Of a stretch of DNA of 64,000 nucleotides, positions 28,482 through 37,900 are shown piece after piece. Numbering within the stretch: the stretch's first letter is position 1; every line of letters starts with the position of its first letter. This DNA comes from an uncultured Sphingomonas sp. (lineage in GTDB: Bacteria > Pseudomonadota > Alphaproteobacteria > Rhizobiales > Rhizobiaceae): assembly GCA_964658415.1 (NCBI GenBank), contig CAZZZI010000002.1:2391-66390 (forward strand), in the 5' to 3' direction. The translations under genes and the position numbers were made by a program. The notes beneath the pieces were generated by a model that saw only the letters and a list, made by a program, of their open reading frames with translations, was not told the DNA's origin and searched no databases.

Positions 28482-29411
28482 CTATGCCGTATCGCGTCGT
28501 GGCTCCAACTGCAGATCGTGAAGAAAGGCGACGGATCGCTGCGCTTGCGCTGCGGCACGGACGATGAAGCGCTTGTCATTCTTCAACACCGAGAGCCACG
28601 ACGCGAGATAGCCGGCGTGGTCGGGGCGGGGATCCATCTCAGGCACGATGCCGAGGTCGGCGGCGAGAAAGACGGCGCCGAGTTCGGCGATCAATTCTTC
28701 GCGCGCGCGCTCCGTTCTGTCTTTCGTGTATCGAGAGAGATCGCGGTTCAGCCGGTGGGTAGCACCGGCCCAATGCACAGTTTCATGCGCGAGCGTTGCA
28801 TAGTAGCTCTCGACATCCCGGAACGTCTCGATCGGCGGCATCTGGATGATATCCGGTCCCGGCGCATAAAAGGCCTTGTCGCCGCCGTGACGGATGACGG
28901 CACCGGTGGCCGCGAAGAATGCGTCCGCTTGAGCGCTCCTGTCGATCGGTCGAGCCCTTCCCTCATCAGGCGCGTATGTGTACCGGTCGTCAAGACCATC
29001 AATTTGTTCGGCATTGAACACAGTGTAAGCTTTCAAGAAGGCAATATCGCGCTCGATCTCCTGTCCCGCGGCGTCGGTCTCTGTCTTGCTGATGCGGTTG
29101 GCATAGACCACGACCGATCCGGTTTCGCCCCGTCTGACACAAGCTCCGATTTCCTGCGCTTGGCGATACGTCAACCAAGTCGACGAGGCATAGCCGCGAG
29201 ACAGCGCTTCAGACCACAAAAGCAAGACATTGATGCCCGAATAGGGATCGCCGTTGTGGCGCAATGGCCGGGATACGCGACCAGCCAGATGTTTGTTGCT
29301 CCAGGGCTGGACCCACGGCCGCACGCCAGCGTCCAACGCCGCGATGATTTTGTCGGTGATGCGCGTATACACGTCCACGCGCTGTTCGGTTGTCTTATCG
29401 GCCTTCTTCAT
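28482..29411 (-). CDS. ardC: Antirestriction protein ArdC (ssDNA-binding domain + zincin-like domain)
   Basis: ITDKIIAAL.AGVRPW..PW, YSGINVLLLW, WLTYRQA, VFNAEQ, YYATLAHETVHW, EELIAE. Confidence 0.93.
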   Translation of the reverse strand: MKKADKTTEQRVDVYTRITDKIIAALDAGVRPWVQPWSNKHLAGRVSRPLRHNGDPYSGINVLLLWSEALSRGYASSTWLTYRQAQEIGACVRRGETGSVVVYANRISKTETDAAGQEIERDIAFLKAYTVFNAEQIDGLDDRYTYAPDEGRARPIDRSAQADAFFAATGAVIRHGGDKAFYAPGPDIIQMPPIETFRDVESYYATLAHETVHWAGATHRLNRDLSRYTKDRTERAREELIAELGAVFLAADLGIVPEMDPRPDHAGYLASWLSVLKNDKRFIVRAAAQAQRSVAFLHDLQLEPRRDTA

Positions 29412-29434
29412 CGTCCTGTCCTCACTCTTGCAAA

Positions 29435-29570
29435 CTGCGCCAATCGCGGTTCGTCACGGCGGTCGCTGAAGTGGCTGCCGGAGGCGGCGCACCCTGTGGG
29501 AGGAAAGATTGACTGTTGCCACCCTGGCGGATGGGCCGGAACGAAGTGGAGGACGGCTTGGCCGTTGCGG
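29435..29570. repeat. Conserved upstream element, copy 2
   Basis: Same three blocks at 29435-29449, 29540-29557, 29560-29570. Confidence 0.8.
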
Positions 29571-29706
29571 CGGACCACAGCCGGCAGCGCTAGACCGCTT
29601 GGCGGGACGAGCCGTGGACTGCGCATGTCTTTCAATGCAAAAAGAGCCGGCGCTTAGAATGCGCCGGCATCACTGTGGGGAAGGAACCGCCTCTCGCTCC
29701 TTCGGT

Positions 29707-30294
29707 TCAATCGAAGGCCGACATCTGCAGCGACGCAGCCTTCTGGTCGATTGACGGGGCCAAAGCCGCAGAACCGGCGCGTTCATAGGGCTTCCAGGTT
29801 TCACCGGTAATGTCCTCGTAGGCGGAGACCGTGCCTTCGGCTGCCATGCGCAGCGCGTGGGCCTGCAGGCCCATGTTGGCTGCGAACTCGCGCTTGCGCT
29901 GAGCGCGACTGTCGAAACCCACCGGACCGTCGAGGTCCTCGTCCCTGGTATCGTTGGAAAGCTTGGTGGTGAGATCGCGGGCCTCTGTGACCGCGCGGCT
30001 GTAGAATTGCCCGGCGCCATAGGCTGAGCCGACAAACGATCCGACGATGCGTTGCATGTGGATCTGCATCGCCTTTTCGGCGAGGCCATCTTTCAGGGCA
30101 TCGGCGCTTTCGATCAACTGACCGCGGTGGAGGTCGCGGATCCCGTCGCTGTCGATGAGGGCAAGGCCGAAGCTTTCGGAAATGCGCAGTGCCTGGGCTG
30201 TATCGGGGCAGGCGTGCCTGACCATCTCGAGTGTGGTAGCGCGCTGGGATTTGGCGGAGCGGTTCTTCTGGGTGGAGCGATTGTGCGGTGCCAT
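29707..30294 (-). CDS. Hypothetical plasmid leading-region protein
   Basis: 195-aa ORF with GAGG RBS, typical codon usage; ends GETWKPYER. Confidence 0.75.
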   Translation of the reverse strand: MAPHNRSTQKNRSAKSQRATTLEMVRHACPDTAQALRISESFGLALIDSDGIRDLHRGQLIESADALKDGLAEKAMQIHMQRIVGSFVGSAYGAGQFYSRAVTEARDLTTKLSNDTRDEDLDGPVGFDSRAQRKREFAANMGLQAHALRMAAEGTVSAYEDITGETWKPYERAGSAALAPSIDQKAASLQMSAFD

Positions 30295-30982
30295 GATCGA
30301 ATCCTCTATGAGCGATGTTTCAGCGACGCCCGGGGTGCCGGTTGTCGTCCGGCTCAGCCCCTCGGGTGCGGGCTAAACGACATGGGCACCAGCGGCCCGG
30401 CCCAAGGTCAGGGCATCGCCAGGAGGAGCGAGGATGGTTTGCGGATGGTGCTGCCCGCACTTGCGGGCTGCGACAGACGCGGGCCTGCCTTGCGACGAGG
30501 CGATGATCCTGCCGCAACGCGGCGCGAAAGCGGCCTTTGACCGGGACGAGCCCATGTCAGACCGCAGCAGAACCGAGGTGCTGTGCCAGCCGACACTCTG
30601 GTCCACGACAGCATAATGCAATCGCCATAGCGATCCGACAATGGTAACGCCGCATCACCCTCAGAGAGCACTGACAAATCTCGGACCCGGCAGACCCCGG
30701 TACAAGCCGGCTGCCCCGTTCCCTCACTCCCGTGCTTCGCTCAGCGCCCTTACCCACCTTCGACTGACCGGGCTTACCGCTCTCACCCGGCTCAGTTGAT
30801 ATGCATGCCGTGATCAGTGAATGGCCCGTGCCGTGCTTTGCATTTCTACCGCGCCTTCCTTTGTCGTGTCCGCTTCTCCCGCTGGGAGCGACAATCCTGC
30901 TGCCGTGCCCAGATCCTGCGGTAGAGCTCGATGAAATCGATCACCTGATTTCGAGGTGGGTCGCTGTCTGTGGGCGCAGTAG

Positions 30983-31633
30983 TCATTGCCTTGCCGCCCA
31001 GGTCACGAAGCTGGACGGACCGTCATACGGCTGGTGCTTCAGTGAATCGATGACGAAGCCATGTCGGCCAATCCTGTAGTCGGAGCCTGGAACCAGGAAC
31101 CGTCGTGCGCCGGTCTCGCCCCGGATCCCGCCGAGCGTCGCGATGCATTCGACGAAACCGGGCCTGTGATCGGAATTGAGGGCCGCGATGACGACCCAGT
31201 CGTTGCGGTGGAGGTTCTCGAATTCCTGCCGGTCACGCATGTGAGACTGACTGCCGTTCAGGATTGCGCCCGTGACGCGCTCGTAGGCATCAGGGAAATA
31301 GTCGCGAAGCGTCCGATCGGCCAACCGACGTTCATAGGTCGTGAATAGATCCGGGAAAGCATGGGCAACCTTCGCCCATTCACAATCCTCTTCGTAAAAT
31401 TCGGTGTCATTACGATAGAGGGCATGGACGGTGCCATTGGCATTCTCGTCGAGATGGAAGCCGCCGTGGCCAGCGGTCGAATGCAGAATTATACCGTCGG
31501 CATATCGTCGCGAGACCTGCGCCATGCCCCAAGGCGTCGATGCTCCCGCTCGTATCGTCGGCCGGTCCAATGCCTGAAGCTCAGTCTCATGCGCCGCTTT
31601 TTCTGTGGCCATGTCATCATGGATTTCCGTCAT
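30983..31633 (-). CDS. Hypothetical plasmid protein (TPWG...HGGF...YEEDCEW family)
   Basis: Motifs STPWG, STAGHGGF, YEEDCEW; GGAG RBS. Confidence 0.75.
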   Translation of the reverse strand: MTEIHDDMATEKAAHETELQALDRPTIRAGASTPWGMAQVSRRYADGIILHSTAGHGGFHLDENANGTVHALYRNDTEFYEEDCEWAKVAHAFPDLFTTYERRLADRTLRDYFPDAYERVTGAILNGSQSHMRDRQEFENLHRNDWVVIAALNSDHRPGFVECIATLGGIRGETGARRFLVPGSDYRIGRHGFVIDSLKHQPYDGPSSFVTWAARQ

Positions 31634-31714
31634 GACAAACTCCTTCTGATTGCTCGAAACAGAAACGCCGCCAGCATGAGCCAGCGGCGTTGGTTCAGAT
31701 CCTGAAGCCTGGTG

Positions 31715-33403
31715 CTATTCGGCAGCCTCGCGGAAACCTTCGTCCGCCTCTTCCCCGGCGGCGGAGTGGTCCTCGAGCGTACCAGGAACGTCGTCGGCAT
31801 CCTGCAATCGGCTGTCGACGCTGATGTGGCGTCCGAACCACGACCGCACGTCCTCCGTGGAGGGCGCGAGCAGCGCTGCCGGATGCACCAGCTTTCCCTC
31901 GGAAAAATGCTCGATCAGAGCAGAGCGTGTATCCGTCACCTTGATCCGACCGGGGACGCCTGCCGCCTCTGCCGCAGCCTCCAGCGCATTGCGTGACAGG
32001 CATGAGAGGAAGTCTTCAGTCGCCATATTGGGCAGGAATTGATCGGCGCCGATCGCGTCGCCGGCAATGCGGGCAATCAGGCCGCTATCGGAGCGATTGC
32101 GGCTCAGAGACAGGACTTCAATCAGCACCGAGCGCGCAGCCTGCACCAGCGTCTCGCGATCGAAGGCGAGCTTGCCGTCTTCGCCAATCAGCCGTGCGGC
32201 GTGCGGGCCGCATTTGGCATGACCGTAGGGATTGTCCGATGCACCGCTGGCGATGCTGACATTTGTGCCGGTGAAGGCCAGAATGAGCAGAGCCATCAGC
32301 GTATCGTCCTCGATCGGAGCACGGGCAATCGCCTCGTGCAGGGCATCGGTTCGCAGATCGCCGATCATGTCGAGACCCTTCTGGGTCACATCGGGCCGCG
32401 CCTTCGAAGCTTCGAGCCCCTCGACGACGGTTTCGACACCCTCGGCATCCTTGACCAGCTTCGGCTTCTTCACTTCGGGCATGCGATAGGCAACGGACTG
32501 AACCGAGCCGTCGCGCGGGTTGATGTACCAGCCGGTCAGGTCGCCCTTGCCCGGCTTGCCGTAGACCTGTTGCGCCTTTGCCGGGAGCTTGACCTGGCCG
32601 TATTCGTTGGCCTCGATGACCGAACCTCGTTTCGGCAGGTTATTCGACAGCCATTCCTGCTGCGCCCCGAGAAACGCCTCGACATCTGTCGTATAGCGGC
32701 TGTCCTCGTCGGCGGGTGCAAACAGGTCTTCGACCCAGAGGATACCATAGGCCTGCGCCAGTTCGTCGCCGAAGCTTGCGTGCTTGGCGAGCATCCGGGT
32801 CGTGGTCAGTGCCCGGGCCACCTCCCACCACGACACCTGCGGATCCTGCTTCTTCGGCTTGTACTTTTTCCACACCTCTGCCTGGTCGTCCTGACCGGCC
32901 GCGGCGATCGTGCGCAGCTGCTGCTCGTTCGGCATATCGCCACGCGCCATCTGGTCGAGCATGGCGGGCAGGATGTTGGCCAGAAGCCGCAGCTTGCGGA
33001 TCTGCCGGCTCGGAAGCGCCAGCGCCATGGCGATCGATTCCTCGGTCCATCCCAGGGCAACCAGCCGTTCGATAGCGCGCCACTGGTCGACAGGGTTCAG
33101 CGGTTCGCGGGCGATGTTCTCCGCAAAGGACTGCATGGCGCCGAGATCGTCGGAGGGATCTGCCAGGAGCAGCGGGATTTCCAAGAGATCCGCAGCAATC
33201 GCCTGGGCGGCGCGGCGGTGACCGAAGATGATGATGTAGCTGTTGCCGCCCTCCGGATCGAGCTTGACGATCGGTGGCTGGACGACACCGATGGCTCGGA
33301 TCGATGCGCAGAGCAGCGCGTCGGACTGGGTTGAGGATTTTGACTGGCGGGACCGGTCAGGATTGTCCTTCAGGCTGCGCGGATCGGCTGTAATCAACTG
33401 CAT
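31715..33403 (-). CDS. ParB/Srx N-terminal domain protein
   Basis: SIRAIGVVQPPIV, GHRR, ENIAREPLNPVDQW, HTH. Confidence 0.9.
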   Translation of the reverse strand: MQLITADPRSLKDNPDRSRQSKSSTQSDALLCASIRAIGVVQPPIVKLDPEGGNSYIIIFGHRRAAQAIAADLLEIPLLLADPSDDLGAMQSFAENIAREPLNPVDQWRAIERLVALGWTEESIAMALALPSRQIRKLRLLANILPAMLDQMARGDMPNEQQLRTIAAAGQDDQAEVWKKYKPKKQDPQVSWWEVARALTTTRMLAKHASFGDELAQAYGILWVEDLFAPADEDSRYTTDVEAFLGAQQEWLSNNLPKRGSVIEANEYGQVKLPAKAQQVYGKPGKGDLTGWYINPRDGSVQSVAYRMPEVKKPKLVKDAEGVETVVEGLEASKARPDVTQKGLDMIGDLRTDALHEAIARAPIEDDTLMALLILAFTGTNVSIASGASDNPYGHAKCGPHAARLIGEDGKLAFDRETLVQAARSVLIEVLSLSRNRSDSGLIARIAGDAIGADQFLPNMATEDFLSCLSRNALEAAAEAAGVPGRIKVTDTRSALIEHFSEGKLVHPAALLAPSTEDVRSWFGRHISVDSRLQDADDVPGTLEDHSAAGEEADEGFREAAE

Positions 33404-33723
33404 GGGAATGACCTCTCAGGTTTCGGGCGGACGGGCTGTCCAAACCTTCTCTTCTTCTTCTCGAAGACATCTCCCGAACCGCAGGACGAGCCGGCGGCTG
33501 CAATTGCGCCGGAGCAGACCTGGCTTGCGGGAGAGCGAGGCACACCTGCCTTGCGAGACAAGCTGGCCCGGTCTCGGCGACCGGCGCGATTGAGGGAACC
33601 GGCAGCCGTTGGACCGTCCTTGCGAAACGGTTTCCTTGCCTCCTTCCTGCCCTCCTCGTCGCCCTCCCTTCCATTTCGAAGCGATGTCACACGATTTTAA
33701 GCAATTGCTGCTGAACTCACGTG

Positions 33724-34770
33724 ATGACAAAGCCGCCGCGCAAAAAATCCCAGCCGTTTTTGCGGGAGACGGACGCTCCGATCCGCTCGCGACCGCGCAA
33801 ACCACGCGATCCCGCGCAGCCTCAGCTTCCCTTCGATCCGATGCCAGATCGCATCGAACCATGCCTGGCGCTGTTGACGGCAAAGCCGCCGTCGGGACCG
33901 GACTGGATCTACGAGATCAAATGGGACGGCTATCGTATTGCGGTCCACATCGAGCCGAACGCGGTGCGGATCATCACACGTGGCGGTCATGACTGGACCG
34001 ACAGGTTTCCGGCAATCGCCGCCGCTGCGCGCAAGCTTGGCATCGGGACCGCCATCCTTGATGGGGAAGCCGTCGTCCTCGATGCCAAGGGCCGATCAGA
34101 CTTCGGGGCGCTGCAGCGTTCACTTGGCGGGCGCAGGGGCAGACAAGCGTCAGACGATGCTATTCTCTACGCATTCGACCTTTTGTATTTCGACGGCCAT
34201 GACCTGACGAACATGGAGCTGTCGGGCCGCCGACACCTGCTGGAAGACCTGATCGGCGAAAGCCAGGACGTAATCCGCGTTTCGCTGGAGGTCGAAGCCG
34301 ATGGCACGACACTACTGGCGGCCGCGCGTGAACACGGTCTGGAAGGCATCATCGCCAAGAACCGCGACAGCACCTACCGCTCGGGTCGGCTGGGCGACTG
34401 GCTGAAGATCAAATGCATCCAGAGCGAAAGCTTTGTGATTGTCGGATACGAACCGTCCACTGCGGCGCGCGGTGGGATCGGCAGCCTGCTGCTGGCAGCC
34501 TACCAGGGTGACGCGTTCGTCTATGTCGGCTCGGTCGGGACGGGCTTCAAAGAGAAAGAGGCAATGGAACTGCGCCGGATGTTGGACACGCTGCAGACCA
34601 AGCGTCCGCCGGTTACGGTCGATAAGAAGGGGGTCGTCTTCGTCCAACCGACGGTGATTGCCGAGATCGAATATCGAGCCTGGACCGACGATGTCAAATT
34701 GCGGCATGCCTCGTACAAGGGCCTGCGGGAGCTGCAGGACAACGCGGCGATCTACAAACTCGGTAAGTAG
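33724..34770 (+). CDS. ATP-dependent DNA ligase (LigD/LigC ligase domain only)
   Basis: EIKWDGYR (motif I), LDGE, AFDLL, EGIIAK, WLKIK, LRHASYKGLR. Confidence 0.93.
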   Translation: MTKPPRKKSQPFLRETDAPIRSRPRKPRDPAQPQLPFDPMPDRIEPCLALLTAKPPSGPDWIYEIKWDGYRIAVHIEPNAVRIITRGGHDWTDRFPAIAAAARKLGIGTAILDGEAVVLDAKGRSDFGALQRSLGGRRGRQASDDAILYAFDLLYFDGHDLTNMELSGRRHLLEDLIGESQDVIRVSLEVEADGTTLLAAAREHGLEGIIAKNRDSTYRSGRLGDWLKIKCIQSESFVIVGYEPSTAARGGIGSLLLAAYQGDAFVYVGSVGTGFKEKEAMELRRMLDTLQTKRPPVTVDKKGVVFVQPTVIAEIEYRAWTDDVKLRHASYKGLRELQDNAAIYKLGK

Positions 34771-34791
34771 CGTCCTAAGGTGCCAAAACGA

Positions 34792-34823
34792 AAGGGCGCT
34801 CGACCCATTCGGGGAGCGCCCTT
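34792..34823. terminator. Hairpin between convergent ligase and methylase-helicase genes
   Basis: AAGGGCGCTC / GAGCGCCCTT 10-bp stem. Confidence 0.55.
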
Positions 34824-34945
34824 CCAACCCGGACAGTTTCAAACGCGCGGCAATCGCCACTGTGAGGCAAACTATCGAAACGGGTGATGACCGATAGATG
34901 TGTATGGTCCGACCCCGTTTCAAGTGACGGTGGATATGCCGTTTT

Positions 34946-37900
34946 TTACGCGGCTTCCTGGCGGTCCTCCTCTGGTGCGTCGGCGGTTGCTGCAAGATCC
35001 CTTTCGATCTCGTCAAGTTGGCTCAGCTTGAGTTCGAGCTCGGCTTCGAATGAGAAGCGTTCACCCAGACGCGGCGTATAGGAAGCGAGACGCCGTTTCC
35101 CATCGATGAGCCGATTGCGATGGCTCTCACGCTCATGTTCAAACCCGCCGAGAACATGCTCGAGCCGGGAGATGGCCCCGATCGGCGTCGTGGTCACTGG
35201 AAGATCGATCTCGTAATCGCCACCGGTGCGCCGAAGGCGTGTCTTGTAGCAGTAGCCATCCTTGCCAAACCTCTCGCCATGATAGGCGAGATCGAAGCCG
35301 CCGATCGTGGCAATGATCACCTCCTTCTCCTCCTGAAGCTGAACCAGCGTCAGGATTTCTTTCATCAGCACGCGGCCAGCGAGTTTGCGCTCGTCGAATG
35401 TGTCTTCGCCAACTTGCATGACAAAGGCGTCGCCAGATGTTGGGGCCAGCAGCTCGATATCCTTGCCCACATCCTCGATCCGACGGCTGGAAAACTCGAT
35501 ATCCCGTTCGGCATCGCGGATCTGGCGCCGGATCGCATGCTGATCGTCGATATGGGCGGCGCGCAGGCGATCGAGGCGGGCGATCTCGGCCTCCAGCCCG
35601 GCCTTCTGCATCAGACGTTCGTCGCCGGACGCGATGGCCTTGGCCATGGCAAACTGGTTGGCCTGCCCCTCGGCCATGTCCTCTAGCCGACGGACACTGG
35701 TATCGCCGGACAGGGCCGCCGCAATGAACCGAGCCTTGCGCTCATTGTTCTGCCACATGGTGGCGTCGAGACTCCCGAGCGTCGCATAGGCGAAGACATC
35801 GACTTCGTCATGCTGGTTACCCTGGCGGATGATCCGGCCCTCGCGCTGCTCGATCTGCGATGGCAACCATGGGACATCGAGGTGATGGAGCGCCTTTAGC
35901 CGAGCCTGGACGTTGACGCCAGTGCCCATGGTTTCCGACGAGCCGATCAGCACGCGGACCTTGCCGGCATTGAAGTCGTTGAACAGCCGCTGCTTGGCAT
36001 CCGACTTTTTGTAATCCTGCATGAAAGCGATTTCGGAAGCCGGCACGCCAAGGCGGACGAGCTCATCGCGGATCCATCTGTATGCGGAAAAACCGCGGGA
36101 TGCCTCGACATTGACCGTGCCGAGATCGGAGAAGATCAACTGTCCGGCGCCAGGCCGGTCGAACGGGTTGCCGTCTTTGCGGCGGTATTCCGCCTGCCCG
36201 GTTTCCTGCCAGATTCGATGGGCATTGGCGACAAGTGCGTTCAGCTTGTTGGCTCCCTCGTTGCCCATCGCCTGATCAACGAGCCGCAAATCAATGGCCG
36301 CATGGCGACCGTCGGTAATGACCGAGAGCAGGATGTCATCGCCGGGCTTGGCCGGGCCATCGCGCATCTCAATCGCCTTGATCCGCGCGTCCAGCTGTTT
36401 CTGGTACGCCTTGAAAGCAGCGGTTGGCTCTGCAGTGACGATCTGGCGCTTGCCGCCGGAGACGTCGGGGACCTTCACATAGGTCCTGAGATCCGCCGGC
36501 AGCACGACATCGGCGAACGACCGGAACATGGCAATCAGTTCCGGCACGTTGACGAACTGGCTGAAGCGCGTGACCGGCTTGTATTTGCCGGATGGCTGCA
36601 ATTCAAGTTCGGTCGAGGTATCGCCGAAGGTCGACGCCCAGGCGTCGAACTCGTGCAGGCCGCGCTCTGACAATGCTTGCAGATCCATCATCCGTTGGAC
36701 GGAGAACATCTCGCCAAGCGTATTGGTGATGGGCGTGCCCGAGGCCAGCACCAGTGCCCTGCCCGAGTTCTTCGTCTCAATAAAGCGGGATTTGACGAAC
36801 AGGTCCCAGGCACGCTGCGAGCCGTTCGGATCCACACCGCGCAACGTCGCCATATTGGTGGCGAAGGACAGCTTGCGGAATTCCTGCGCCTCGTCGACGA
36901 TGATCTGGTCGATGCCAAGCTCGGAGATGGTCAGCAGGTCGTCCTTGCGCGTTGCCAGCGCTTCGAGCCGTTCCTTGTGACCTTCTTTCATGCGCTCTAT
37001 CCGCTTGCGCGACAACCGGTCCTGGCTGTCGACCTTGATCAGAAGCTCCTCGTAAAGCTCCAATTCGTTGTGGATCATCTGGGCCTCGAAGGCCGATGGC
37101 ACCGCGATGAACCGGAATGCCGAATGGGTTATGATGACGGCATCCCAGTTGGAGGTCGCTGCCCGTGACAGGAAGCGGTGACGTTTTTCCCTGACGAAGT
37201 TCGTCTCGTCGGCGACCAAAATGCGGGCATTCGGATAGAGGGCCAGAAACTCGCAGGCGGCCTGGGCCAGGCAATGGCCGGGCACGACCAGCATCGCCTT
37301 GTTGATCAGGCCAAGCCGGCGCTGTTCCATGATGGCGGCCGCCATGGTTAGCGTCTTTCCAGCACCGACGGCATGGGCGAGATAGGTGGCGCCAGCTGAG
37401 ATAATCCGCCAGATGCCGCGCTTCTGATGACCGTACAAAGAAAAGGCGCCAGAGGCGCCGGGGAGTTGCAGGTGATCGCCGTTGAAGGATCGCGGGGCGA
37501 TATTGTTGAAAGTGTCGTTATAGACCCGAGCCAGCCGATCGGTGCGGTCCGGGTCAGACCAGATCCACGACTGGAATGAGGCCTTGATCTTGGCGAGCTT
37601 TTCCTTGGCAGCTTCGGTCTCCACCGTATTCAGCACCCGGCGCTCGGTCTCGCCATCGCGGATCGTATCGAATATCTGCGGCAGGCTAGAGTTCAGAGCA
37701 TCGGACAGAAGCTGGCCGGCATGGCGGCGATGGGTGCCCCATTCCGTCGTGCCTGATGCCGACCATTCCAGCTGCCGGGCGTTGACCGTCCAGGTCGCCA
37801 GTTCCGGCAGATGATGGATAGAGATCTCCGCCTCCATGGTCTGCTTGACGAAGGCGACGACATCTTCTGCCGGGATCCACGGTGCGCCGAGACGGGCAGT

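Noticed and set aside
28470-29657. Long + strand ORFs opposite ardC, parB-like (32039-33334) and other genes
   Set aside because: Antisense shadows typical of high-GC coding DNA; no motifs
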